Positions 1-8,207 are shown, counted from the first letter of the stretch. The stretch: 35,707 nt of DNA from Candidatus Fervidifonticultor quintus (GCA_031459535.1 JAVKIJ010000027.1:1-35707); one strand, 5' to 3'. A program made the numbers and translations. Notes: a model not told the origin generated them from the sequence alone.

Positions 1-2
1 AC

Positions 3-188
3 TGGCCGGCGCTCATCCTCGGTCCGGTGTACTACGTGCTGGTCGGCCTGTGGGTCCACGCGGCCATCATGGCCATCCTAGTCGGGGTGAGCGGCGGTCT
101 GCTGGCACCGTTCGTGTGGCTGTACTGCGGGCTGAAGGCCAACGAGGACGTGCTCGAGTTCCGCGTGGCGAGCAGGAGCGTCTACTGA
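3..188 (+). CDS. Partial (5'-truncated) small membrane protein, DUF2628-like
   Basis: Frame 3 reads WPALILGPVYYVLVGLWVHAAIMAILVGVSGGLLAPFVWLYCGLKANEDVLEFRVASRSVY, stop TGA at 186-188. Hydrophobic, with W-x-A-x-x-x-G-P-x-Y/W and G-x-K-A-N patterns resembling DUF2628. Confidence 0.6.
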   Translation, partial: WPALILGPVYYVLVGLWVHAAIMAILVGVSGGLLAPFVWLYCGLKANEDVLEFRVASRSVY

Positions 189-235
189 CCGCCCGGCGCG
201 ACCTGCGTAACCCTCGCCGACCCGCGGCGCGGGCG

Positions 236-244
236 TGCTATAAT
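236..244 (+). promoter_or_regulatory. Extended -10 housekeeping promoter for tRNA-Thr
   Basis: TGcTATAAT ends 13 nt before the tRNA 5' end. Confidence 0.75.
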
Positions 245-257
245 CGGGCCGCAACGA

Positions 258-334
258 GCCGCCGTAGCTCAATCCGGCAGAGCACCGCACTTGTAATGCG
301 GGGGTTACCGGTTCGACTCCGGTCGGCGGCTCCA
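258..334 (+). tRNA. tRNA-Thr (anticodon UGU)
   Basis: Acceptor stem GCCGCCG/CGGCGGC, D arm TAGCTCAATCCGGCAGAGC, anticodon stem CCGCA/TGCGG with loop CTTGTAA, T loop GGTTCGACTCC, encoded CCA. Confidence 0.97.
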
Positions 335-386
335 GGGCTCCAGTAGCAGTCATCGCCCACGCCCCCTTCGTCCCGTCTCCTCCGAA

Positions 387-414
387 GCAGGGTCCGGGCC
401 GGCGCTCCCCGAAC
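387..414 (+). promoter_or_regulatory. Putative SigH-type promoter
   Basis: GCAGG at 387 and GAAC at 411 (24 nt start-to-start), upstream of the gene at 470. Confidence 0.5.
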
Positions 415-469
415 TCCGCCAGGTCTATACGCCGCGCTGCTCATGGCCCGGTAGACCAAGGAGGAGTCA

Positions 470-1181
470 ATGTCCGGAACCGCACGTAACGTCTTGCTTG
501 CCGTCAGTGCCGTGCAGCTCTGCCTGAGCGTGGCCTTCTTCCTGCGGCTACCTTTCGTCGTCAGGCTGTGGCCGCTTCCGGATACGGCGCCCATGTCCTT
601 CATCTTCATCGCGTCGATCTTCGCGGCGGCCGGCCGCCGTGCTGTCCCTCCAGCTCGGCGCGAGCCGTGGCAGTCCGCAGCTCACCGCCTACGGCGTCAC
701 CTGCGTGATTGGCGCGGTCTTCGGTCTGGGACTCCTCCTCTGGAGCATCCGCATCCCCATCGACCGAACACTGCCGATGCCGGAGCCCGTCCGGTGGTCG
801 TTTGTCATCTTTATCGTCGCGCTGTTGATCGTGGCCACGCGATTGATCCGGCAAACGCCCTATGCGCTCCCGTGGACGACTACCCCGGAACTCTCTGTGG
901 TAATCGGCTGGATGTTTTTCGGGGCGGCTATCTACTTCGCGTACGGGCTGCTGCGGCCAAGCTGGCTGAACGCCGCGGGTCAGCTGATCGGATTTCTGGC
1001 GTACGACGCCGTGCTGATCGTCCCGTTCCTGACGCTGCTGCCAAACGTTCCGTCCTATGACCGGACCAGTCTGGTGATCTACATAGCGGTGGTCACGTTC
1101 AACGGCCTGCTGGCGATCTACTATCTGCTCGTGCACGAGCCCACCCGGGCACGAACCTGTCGGCGAACGCGCACCGCCTGA
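470..1181 (+). pseudogene. Frameshifted multi-pass membrane protein of unknown function
   Basis: SD AAGGAGG precedes ATG 470. The hydrophobic N-terminus (to ...FIASIFAAA) continues as a hydrophobic ORF only in the +1 frame from about 639 to TGA 1181. The junction lies in gcggcggccggccgcc. Confidence 0.65.
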
Positions 1182-1264
1182 CGGGCTACCCCTTCCCAGG
1201 CATCACGGGCAGGAGCCCGGCTGCTGTTGGAGGCGGTGAAGTCACGGTGCCGCAGTGTGCCGTG

Positions 1265-1294
1265 TTGCGCGCCCGCGCGATCGCGCGATAGACT
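1265..1294 (+). promoter_or_regulatory. Putative housekeeping promoter for the 57-aa ORF
   Basis: TTGCGC-N18-TAGACT; the spacer contains the perfect palindrome CGCGCGATCGCGCG (1274-1287). Confidence 0.5.
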
Positions 1295-1355
1295 TTATTG
1301 TCGAAAGCCGCATCTACCGTCTTACTCTGCGGCAGATGCCACAGGAGGTGATCGT

Positions 1356-1529
1356 ATGCGCACGAGGTTGGCTGTGCGCGACGCCGCGGCGGCATGCCAG
1401 CGTGACCTGGCGCGTATTGCCAACGAGCTGAAAGGCCTGGGAGAGTATCCCAGCACGAAGGACGTCGTCAAGCACCTGCAGGCGCTGCTTGAAGCCCTGC
1501 AGCGCTTCATGCGGGAGACGGGCGACTAG
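1356..1529 (+). CDS. Small 57-aa predicted helical hypothetical protein
   Basis: Extended SD AGGAGGTGAT just before ATG 1356; MRTRLAVRDAAAACQRDLARIANELKGLGEYPSTKDVVKHLQALLEALQRFMRETGD. Confidence 0.7.
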   Translation: MRTRLAVRDAAAACQRDLARIANELKGLGEYPSTKDVVKHLQALLEALQRFMRETGD

Positions 1530-1535
1530 CTCAGT

Positions 1536-1558
1536 CGGCCAGCGCCTGGCGCTGGCTG
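1536..1558. terminator. Hairpin between convergent genes (possible bidirectional terminator)
   Basis: GCCAGCGC-ctg-GCGCTGGC; no U-tract. Confidence 0.4.
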
Positions 1559-1565
1559 CGGGGGG

Positions 1566-2483
1566 TCACCGATTGCCGTACGGCATCGGCGGTACCGAGC
1601 GCAGGTACATCCACAGAGCGCGGATCTCCACGTCGGTCATCTGGGCCGTGGCCCTGATGGGCATGAAGGGATGCACCTCGGCCCCGTCCGGCCGTTGCCC
1701 CTCGCGCATCAGACGGAAGAAGTCGGCTTCGGTCCACTGACCGATCGCACCCGCCGGCGTGATGTTCGACGCCGGGGGGAACTCCCGAGGGGCGCCGGGC
1801 ACACGGCCTCCGGACAGGCCTGGCCCATGACAGCCGTGGCAGCCGACCAGCGCCAGGTAGCGGCCGTACTCGAGGGTTGCGCCTTCGGGCACGGGCGGCA
1901 CAAACGGCGCCGAGTGCTCGATGACGGCGGCAGCCGGCACAGGTAGTCGCCCGAGCACGAGGAGGACCCGCCCGAGGAACCTGAGCTGGCTGGCCGGGAG
2001 CACCCTGTCTACCGGCGGCACGCTCCGGGCATAGGCGACGACCGCCGCGAGATCTGTCTCGCTCATGTGGAAGTAATCCTCAGACGGCATCGAGAGCAGC
2101 GCGCGGCCGTCGCGCCCCACGCCGTGCCGTATCGCGCGCAGCCAGTCCGCGTCGGTCAGTCGCGCGCCGACGCCGCCTCGGCCGGCCGTAAGGTTTGGCC
2201 CCACGATCCGGAAGAGCGGCGCGTCAACGACGATGAGGCCGCCGAGGTCCTCTCCGTGGCAGTCACCGCACTTGGCCAGGACCAGGGCCACGTGCCGCCC
2301 ACGCTGGATGCTGGCGGCATCGGCGGGAACGGACACGGCCGCCGGGGTGACGGCATAGCGCTGGTTCAGGCGCCGCTCGCTGACGATGTAGACCAGGCTC
2401 GCAGCCACCACAAGCACGACGACCAACCCGCCTGCAACCGTCAGCACCCAGCCGGCGACTCTGCGCACTCTCAACCCCCGCAC
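1566..2483 (-). CDS. Membrane-anchored diheme cytochrome c
   Basis: N-terminal TM helix; two CxxCH motifs (CGDCH, CHGCH), each followed by an NLT/NIT and a distal MP motif. Confidence 0.9.
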   Translation of the reverse strand: MRGLRVRRVAGWVLTVAGGLVVVLVVAASLVYIVSERRLNQRYAVTPAAVSVPADAASIQRGRHVALVLAKCGDCHGEDLGGLIVVDAPLFRIVGPNLTAGRGGVGARLTDADWLRAIRHGVGRDGRALLSMPSEDYFHMSETDLAAVVAYARSVPPVDRVLPASQLRFLGRVLLVLGRLPVPAAAVIEHSAPFVPPVPEGATLEYGRYLALVGCHGCHGPGLSGGRVPGAPREFPPASNITPAGAIGQWTEADFFRLMREGQRPDGAEVHPFMPIRATAQMTDVEIRALWMYLRSVPPMPYGNR

Positions 2484-2523
2484 GACCGTTTCGACGTGAT
2501 AACCCCAACCGGCCCCCGTGGGT

Positions 2524-2551
2524 GTTCTGCATCCCCTGGGTAGGTTCCCGC
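2524..2551 (-). promoter_or_regulatory. Putative SigH-type promoter for the cytochrome c gene
   Basis: Minus strand GCGGGAACC...GAAC, 24 nt start-to-start. Confidence 0.5.
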
Positions 2552-2621
2552 AGACGCCGGATCGGGCGCCGGCCGGCAGGGAATCCGCCCGGCGCCCGAT
2601 ACCGTTTCATGACATAGAGTG

Positions 2622-2630
2622 TGCTAGAAT
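2622..2630 (+). promoter_or_regulatory. Extended -10 promoter giving a near-leaderless moaA mRNA
   Basis: TGcTAGAAT ends 10 nt before ATG 2641; no SD in between. Confidence 0.6.
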
Positions 2631-2640
2631 CGGGCTGACC

Positions 2641-3618
2641 ATGCGCGACCAGTACGGCCGTCCGCTCACCGACCTGCGGGTCTCGCTGACTGACCGCTGC
2701 AACCTGCGGTGCGTCTACTGCATGCCCGCCAACGGCATCGCGTTCCGGCCTCCGACCGACCTCCTGCAGGATGACGAGCTGGTCTTGCTGGTCGAAATTG
2801 CGGCCGACCTGGGGGTCTCCAAGATCCGCCTGACCGGTGGCGAGCCCACGGTGCGACCGCGGATCGTGGAGCTGGTGCGCCGCATCGCCGCCATCCCCGG
2901 CATCACCGACCGGGCCATGACCACCAACGGGATCCTCCTCGAGCTGTTGGCCCGACCCCTGGCCGAGGCAGGGCTCACCCGTCTGAACATCAGCCTCGAC
3001 ACCCTCGACCCGGTCAAGTTCAGCCGCATCACGCGTGGCGGGCAGGTCGGCCGGGTCCTGGCAGGCATCGAGGCGGCCGAAGCGGTGGGGCTGCGGCCGA
3101 TCAAGCTCAACGCGGTGGTCGTGCGCGGGTTCAACGATGACGACGTGGTGCCCCTGGCGGCCCTGACCATCGAGCGGCCGTGGGAGGTCCGGTTCATCGA
3201 GGTCATGCCGTTCGGCGAGGTCGCCGGCGTCGCCGACGCGGGCATCGTCTCCTCCGAGGAGACCAGAACGAGGATCGAAGCTGCGCTGGGCCGCCTGGAG
3301 CCCATCGACCTGAGCGGCGGCAGCCCGGCGCGCAACTACCGTCTGCCGCGCGCATCAGGCACCATCGGTCTCATCAGCCCGGTCAGCGAGCCGTTCTGCG
3401 CCAGGTGCGGCCGCATTCGGCTGACGGCCGACGGAAAACTGCGTCTGTGCCTGCTGCGCGACGACGAAGAAGACTTGCTGACCCCCTTGCGCGGCGGCGC
3501 CTCGCGGGAACAGATGAAGCAGATCTTTGCCCGGGCCGCGTATCGCCGGCCCTTCGGCCACGCACTCGCCGAGAAGCTCTACCCCAGAGAGCGCGTCATG
3601 ATCCAGATCGGCGGGTAG
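2641..3618 (+). CDS. moaA: GTP 3',8-cyclase MoaA (radical SAM)
   Basis: LRVSLTDRCNLRCVYCM (CxxxCxxC), RLTGGEP, FCARCGRIRLTADGKLRLCL, C-terminal IGG. Confidence 0.97.
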   Translation: MRDQYGRPLTDLRVSLTDRCNLRCVYCMPANGIAFRPPTDLLQDDELVLLVEIAADLGVSKIRLTGGEPTVRPRIVELVRRIAAIPGITDRAMTTNGILLELLARPLAEAGLTRLNISLDTLDPVKFSRITRGGQVGRVLAGIEAAEAVGLRPIKLNAVVVRGFNDDDVVPLAALTIERPWEVRFIEVMPFGEVAGVADAGIVSSEETRTRIEAALGRLEPIDLSGGSPARNYRLPRASGTIGLISPVSEPFCARCGRIRLTADGKLRLCLLRDDEEDLLTPLRGGASREQMKQIFARAAYRRPFGHALAEKLYPRERVMIQIGG

Positions 3619-3633
3619 CGGCGACCCCGCCCC

Positions 3634-3780
3634 TCAGTCGTCCTCGGGGTCCACCAGTTCCTCCTCGTCCGGCACGAAACGGCCCTTGCAGCGCGGGCAG
3701 ACGACTTCGTCGTCGTCCGACGCCGACACAAGGAGGAAGATGAACCGGCAGTCCGGACAGAGGACGCGGAGCACAGCCAT
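3634..3780 (-). CDS. Small 48-aa zinc-ribbon protein with acidic tail
   Basis: MAVLRVLCPDCRFIFLLVSASDDDEVVCPRCKGRFVPDEEELVDPEDD; two CPxC motifs; GAGGGG SD; starts 19 nt after the sigH stop; below the ORF track cutoff. Confidence 0.8.
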   Translation of the reverse strand: MAVLRVLCPDCRFIFLLVSASDDDEVVCPRCKGRFVPDEEELVDPEDD

Positions 3781-3799
3781 CCGCCCCCTCGGGTTCAGG

Positions 3800-4438
3800 T
3801 CAGGCGTCTTCGCCTTCGAGGTTCCGTTCGAGCTTCCGCTTGACCCGCTGGAGGGCGTTGTCGATGGACTTCACGTGGCGGTTGAGTTCGTTGGCCATCT
3901 CCTGGTAGGACTTTCCCTCCAGGTAGGCGGTAAGCACCTTGCACTCCAGCTCGCTGAGGTTCTTGCGGATGCGCTCGCGCATGGTGGCCGAGGCTTCCTG
4001 GTTGATGACCAGCTCCTCGGGGTCAGAGACCTTGATGCTGCTGATGACGTCCAGCAGTGTCCGGTCCGAATCCTCGTCGTAGATGGGCTTGTTCAACGAA
4101 ATGTACGAGTTCAGCGGGATGTGCTTCTGACGGGTCGCGGTCTTGATGGCCGTGATGATCTGCCGGGTGATGCACAGCTCGGCGAACGCCCGGAACGACG
4201 AGAGCTTGTCGCGCCGGAAGTCGCGGATCGCCTTGTAGAGGCCGATCATGCCCTCCTGGATGATGTCCTCGCGGTCGGCGCCGATGAGGAAATACGCCTT
4301 GGCCTTGACGCGCACGAAGTTGCGGTACTTCGCAATCAGGAACTCGGCGGCCCGGTCGTCCCCTGACTTGGCGTGGTCTACCAGTTCTTCGTCAACGAGC
4401 TCGTGATAGCCCAGACCTTCCCGGCGAACGACGGCCAA
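3800..4438 (-). CDS. sigH: RNA polymerase sigma factor SigH (Spo0H family)
   Basis: YFLIGADREDIIQEGMIGLYKAIRDF, FAELCITRQIITAIKTATRQKHIPLNSYISL and KSIDNALQRVKRKLE closely match Bacillota SigH; TTG start with GGAGGG SD. Confidence 0.96.
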   Translation of the reverse strand: MAVVRREGLGYHELVDEELVDHAKSGDDRAAEFLIAKYRNFVRVKAKAYFLIGADREDIIQEGMIGLYKAIRDFRRDKLSSFRAFAELCITRQIITAIKTATRQKHIPLNSYISLNKPIYDEDSDRTLLDVISSIKVSDPEELVINQEASATMRERIRKNLSELECKVLTAYLEGKSYQEMANELNRHVKSIDNALQRVKRKLERNLEGEDA

Positions 4439-4530
4439 CGCCTATGCCCTCCGGCCGACTCTCGAGGGATGGGAGACGCAACCGACGCGCAAGCGTGTAG
4501 GAGGCACCATCATCGCAGCAGGTCAGGTTC

Positions 4531-4559
4531 ATTATAGGAATCGCCCCTGGCAGCGTCAA
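4531..4559 (-). promoter_or_regulatory. Housekeeping (sigma70/SigA-type) promoter of sigH
   Basis: TTGACG-N17-TATAAT; the -35 overlaps the TGA stop of the upstream gene. Confidence 0.8.
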
Positions 4560-5926
4560 GGCACGGCCCGACGATCAGACACCTGACGCGGCGCCGCGCC
4601 GGTCCCGACCACGACCGTCTGCGGCACCGGCTGGTAGTAGTTCAGCGCGACAACCTCCCGGCGGACCACCACCCCGTCCTGCCGGACGACGCGCACCGTA
4701 CGGGACCGCAGGCCAGTACGCGGGGGCTCCACCCGCATCTGACCCGCTGGCAACTGGGGGTCGTGCCTGACCACGGTGTGGGTCGGCGCCGGCAGCACCA
4801 CCTGGTCGGTAACCGCGATGGTCACCTCACGGCCGGGCAGCCGCGGCCCGAAGATCGTCACCGTCACCGACGTGGGACCGACCTCGGTCCACAGATAGAG
4901 GTGCGACCCGGTGGTGTTGCGCAGCCGGAGGTCGATCGACCCGTACTCCACGGTGGCGTCGCGGCCGGCGGCCAGGTACGGGACCGGCCGCGAGTGATTG
5001 GTCCGGCGCTCCACGGCCATCTCGGCCAGCACGGCCGCGTTGAAGAGGGTGGAGGAGACCTGGCAGACACCTCCGCCGTCGCCTGGGACCAGTTCGTTGT
5101 TGATCAGCACCGGCGCCTTGCGATACCCCACCTTCGGATTCCGTGGACCGACCACCGCGTTGTACGAGAGCACGGCGCCCGGGGGCAGCAGCAGACCCCT
5201 CAGCGCCGAGGCGGCCAAGCGGATGTTGTGGACCCGATCCGGTGAGGGCGGAAACCACGTGGTGAAGCGGGCGACTGGCTCGGCCATACGGGCTGCCACC
5301 TCGGTGGTCAATCCCGGACGGCGGGACTGCACCGCAAGGGCCACCCGCGGCTGCCCGGACACCAGGGCGGCAATGACCCGGATCGCAGAGGCGGCCTCGT
5401 CCACGACCACGCCGTCCCGGCTGGGACTGACCACGACCAGACGCCCCCTGACCACGGCGACCTGAGCGTCGCGGGGCTCCACCAGCAGCGCGCCCGTGGC
5501 GGCGTGCACGGCGGCCCTCGCGGCGTGGACATCGTAGCGGTAGACAACCGGCAGACGGATGGGCCGGAGGCGCATGGCCACCCGGGTCCAGGCCCGTCGC
5601 ACCGGGCCTCCCTCGCGACCGGCAGCCATCGCCGCGCGTATGGTGCGGTTTATCTCGACGCCCAAGCCCAGCGCCTGGGCCGGCAGTGCGGCGATGGGGG
5701 TGACGGCGTCCAGCCAGAGGGAGCGCTGCAGCCGTGCCTGGGCCATCGCCTCGATCCTGGCGACCAGTTCGCTGGCGCTCAGCCCGCCGACATCCAACCC
5801 CTCGACCTGCACGCCAGGGAGCACGCGGCCGTGGTAGGCGCGGTCGATCGCCACCGTCCACCCCGCAGCGACGCCGACCGCCCCCAGGAGCAGGCCGAGC
5901 GCGGCCAGGCGCGGCGGGCGTCTCAC
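4556..5926 (-). CDS. VanW-family membrane-anchored protein (YoaR-like; putative PG-binding region, VanW domain, G5-like C-terminus)
   Basis: N-terminal TM; RVHNIRLA, SYNAVVGPR, GGGVCQVSSTLFNA, HS...Y...GRDATV, DLRLRN. GTG start overlaps the rlmB stop (GTGA). Confidence 0.88.
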   Translation of the reverse strand: MRRPPRLAALGLLLGAVGVAAGWTVAIDRAYHGRVLPGVQVEGLDVGGLSASELVARIEAMAQARLQRSLWLDAVTPIAALPAQALGLGVEINRTIRAAMAAGREGGPVRRAWTRVAMRLRPIRLPVVYRYDVHAARAAVHAATGALLVEPRDAQVAVVRGRLVVVSPSRDGVVVDEAASAIRVIAALVSGQPRVALAVQSRRPGLTTEVAARMAEPVARFTTWFPPSPDRVHNIRLAASALRGLLLPPGAVLSYNAVVGPRNPKVGYRKAPVLINNELVPGDGGGVCQVSSTLFNAAVLAEMAVERRTNHSRPVPYLAAGRDATVEYGSIDLRLRNTTGSHLYLWTEVGPTSVTVTIFGPRLPGREVTIAVTDQVVLPAPTHTVVRHDPQLPAGQMRVEPPRTGLRSRTVRVVRQDGVVVRREVVALNYYQPVPQTVVVGTGAAPRQVSDRRAVP

Positions 5927-6714
5927 GGCGACCCCGTCGCTGCGCGCATCTGCCGGCGTACCTCGAACAGGCACAGCGCGGCCGCGACCGACGCGTTGAG
6001 CGACGCGGTGGCGCCATACATGGGGATGCGCACCAGCCGGTCGCATCGCTCGCGGACCAGCCGCGACAACCCGCGGCCCTCGCTCCCGACCACCAGCGCC
6101 ACCGGAGGCAGGAGGCTGACATTGTAGAGGTCGTCGCTCGCCCCGGGATCGGCTCCGATCACCCAGATCCCTTCGGCCTTGAGGCGCTCGATGGCCGCAG
6201 TGAGGTTCGCGACCTGTGCGACGAGGACGTGCTCGATGGCGCCGGCGGACGTGGCGGCCACCGCAGCACTGAGGCCGGCCGCCCGGCGGCGCGGGATGAC
6301 AACCCCATGGACGCCCGCCGCATCCGCCGACCGCAGGATGGCCCCCAGGTTGCCTGGGTCCTCGATCCCGTCCAACATCAGCAGCAGCGGCGCCTCGGCG
6401 CGCCCACGGCTCCTGGCCAGGACATCGTCGAGTTCCACCGTGGCGTGGGCCGCGGCCACAGCGATGATCCCCTGCGGCGTTCGGGTCCTGGCGAGTCGCT
6501 CGAGCACGGCGGCGTCCACTTCCTGCACCGGAATGCCCCGGCGCCGGGCTTCGCCAATCAGGTGACGCAGACCGGCGGTGCGCGCAGCGGTCCGGGCCAC
6601 CAGGAGCTTGCGCAACGGCCGGCCGGCCCGCAGCGCCTCGCGCACAGGGTGCCGGCCCTCGATCTGGGTGTCGGAAATCAGGGACGACCGGGCGTCCGCG
6701 CGGCCAGCCGCCAT
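5923..6714 (-). CDS. rlmB: 23S rRNA (G2251) 2'-O-methyltransferase RlmB (TrmH/SpoU family)
   Basis: IEGRHPVREAL, LDGIEDPGNLGAILRSA, GSEGRGL, RIPMYG..SLNASVA. Confidence 0.93.
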   Translation of the reverse strand: MAAGRADARSSLISDTQIEGRHPVREALRAGRPLRKLLVARTAARTAGLRHLIGEARRRGIPVQEVDAAVLERLARTRTPQGIIAVAAAHATVELDDVLARSRGRAEAPLLLMLDGIEDPGNLGAILRSADAAGVHGVVIPRRRAAGLSAAVAATSAGAIEHVLVAQVANLTAAIERLKAEGIWVIGADPGASDDLYNVSLLPPVALVVGSEGRGLSRLVRERCDRLVRIPMYGATASLNASVAAALCLFEVRRQMRAATGSP

Positions 6715-8207
6715 CGAGAGCCTCCAGGGAGGTCCTCCACGATTATGCCCAGGTCGCCCAACCGGCGGCGGATCGCGTCGGCCACCTCGAACCGCCGGGC
6801 CCGCCGGGCCCGATCGCGTCCGGCCAGCAGCGCGCCCACCACGTCATCCGGGCTGCGAAGGCTGGCGCCGTCTGGGAACAGCGCCGGATCGTCCGCGTGC
6901 AGGGACGCCAGCATGGCCCGCAGCGCCTCGAGGGCCTCGGTCGGCAGGTGGATCGGGGCAGCCAGACGCAGGCCGAGGACGCCGGCCAGGCGCCGGAGCA
7001 TCGCGACGGCAGCAGCCAGACCGCCGGCGGCGCCGTCCTGACCCTGGAGGGCGGCGCTTGAAGCCCGGTTGATTTCCGCGGCGAGGTCGAAGAGGGCGGC
7101 GATGGCCTGCGGTGTCCCGAAATCGGTGTCCATGGCCCGCTCGAAGGCCCCCCGCGCCGCCTCCGCGGCGTCGGCCAGCGGCCCATCTGCCACCAGGCCC
7201 CCGGCCCGAGCCAGCGCCGCCTCAGCGTTCGCCAGGGCCGTGCGCAGTCGCTCGACGCCCCGCGCCGCGGCCCGCACGCCCTCATCCGTCCATCGTAGCG
7301 GGGTCCGGTAGTGAGCGGTCAGGATGAACAGCCGGATCGCATCGGCCTCGTACGCCTCCAGGGCGTCACGAATCGAGATGAAGTTGCCGAGGTGGCGGTG
7401 CATCTCCTCGCCCACCGGGGGCTTCATCAGAGCATTGTGGATCCAGTAGCGCACAAACGGCGTCTTGCCGGTGAAACCCTCGGACTGGGCGATTTCGTTC
7501 TCATGGTGCGGAAACCGCAGATCATCTCCGCCGCCGTGAATGTCGAGTTGCTCCCCCAGGTACTGCATCGCCATGGCCGAGCACTCGATGTGCCACCCGG
7601 GACGGCCCGCACCCCACGGGCTGGGCCAGCTGGGTTCCCCGGGCCTGGCGGCCTTCCACAGCGCGAAGTCCATGGGGTGCTCCTTGCGCTCGTCCACCTC
7701 GATGCGGGCGCCAGCCTGCATCTGCTCCAGCGACCGGCCGGATAGGGCGCCGTAGGCGGGAAAGGAGGTGACCCGGAAGTAGACGTCGCCGTCCACCACG
7801 TATGCATGGCCGCGCGCGATCAGCCCCGTGATGATCTCGATCATCTTGGGGATGACTTCAGTGGCCCGTGGATAGCCGTGCGCGCGTTGGATGTTCAGCG
7901 CATCCATCTCGCGCAGGAAGCGCTCGAGGTACTCCGATGCGATCTCGAAGATACTCCGGCCCTCGCGCTGCGCGCGGTCGAGGATGCGGTCTTCGATGTC
8001 GGTGAAGTTCTGGATGTGGCGGACTTCGTAGCCCCTGTACTCGAGATAGCGTCGGACGACATCGAAGAATGTGTACGACAGCGCGTGGCCCACGTGCGCG
8101 GGCCCGTACAGGTTCGGGCCGCACACGTACATCCGTACCCGACCCGGCTGCAGCGTCTCGAATGGTTCAAGGCGTTTGGTGAGCGAGTTGTAAATCTCTA
8201 GACCCAT
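6678..8207 (-). CDS. cysS: Cysteine--tRNA ligase with atypical KMSKS region
   Basis: MYVCGP..Y..AHVGH, DFALWK, SPWG.GRPGWHIECSAM, DIHGGG.DL.FPHHENEIAQS, DFGTPQA; SD GGGGAG. Confidence 0.95.
   Translation of the reverse strand: MGLEIYNSLTKRLEPFETLQPGRVRMYVCGPNLYGPAHVGHALSYTFFDVVRRYLEYRGYEVRHIQNFTDIEDRILDRAQREGRSIFEIASEYLERFLREMDALNIQRAHGYPRATEVIPKMIEIITGLIARGHAYVVDGDVYFRVTSFPAYGALSGRSLEQMQAGARIEVDERKEHPMDFALWKAARPGEPSWPSPWGAGRPGWHIECSAMAMQYLGEQLDIHGGGDDLRFPHHENEIAQSEGFTGKTPFVRYWIHNALMKPPVGEEMHRHLGNFISIRDALEAYEADAIRLFILTAHYRTPLRWTDEGVRAAARGVERLRTALANAEAALARAGGLVADGPLADAAEAARGAFERAMDTDFGTPQAIAALFDLAAEINRASSAALQGQDGAAGGLAAAVAMLRRLAGVLGLRLAAPIHLPTEALEALRAMLASLHADDPALFPDGASLRSPDDVVGALLAGRDRARRARRFEVADAIRRRLGDLGIIVEDLPGGSRWRLAARTPGRP

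Noticed and set aside
1208-1240. Further GCAGG half-sites (1209, 2576, about 19824, about 24952) as SigH promoters
   Set aside because: No GAA at 23-24 nt spacing, so they were not counted.
335-2483. Possible genomic island integrated at tRNA-Thr
   Set aside because: No integrase, no duplicated tRNA 3' end found and no obvious compositional shift.
2484-2640. Moco riboswitch upstream of moaA
   Set aside because: The -10 element lies 10 nt from the ATG, leaving no leader; no recognisable motif.
3634-3780. Assignment of the zinc-ribbon protein as LysW or ribosomal protein L33
   Set aside because: Lacks the C-terminal EDWGE of LysW and has no lys/arg genes nearby; acidic rather than basic like L33.
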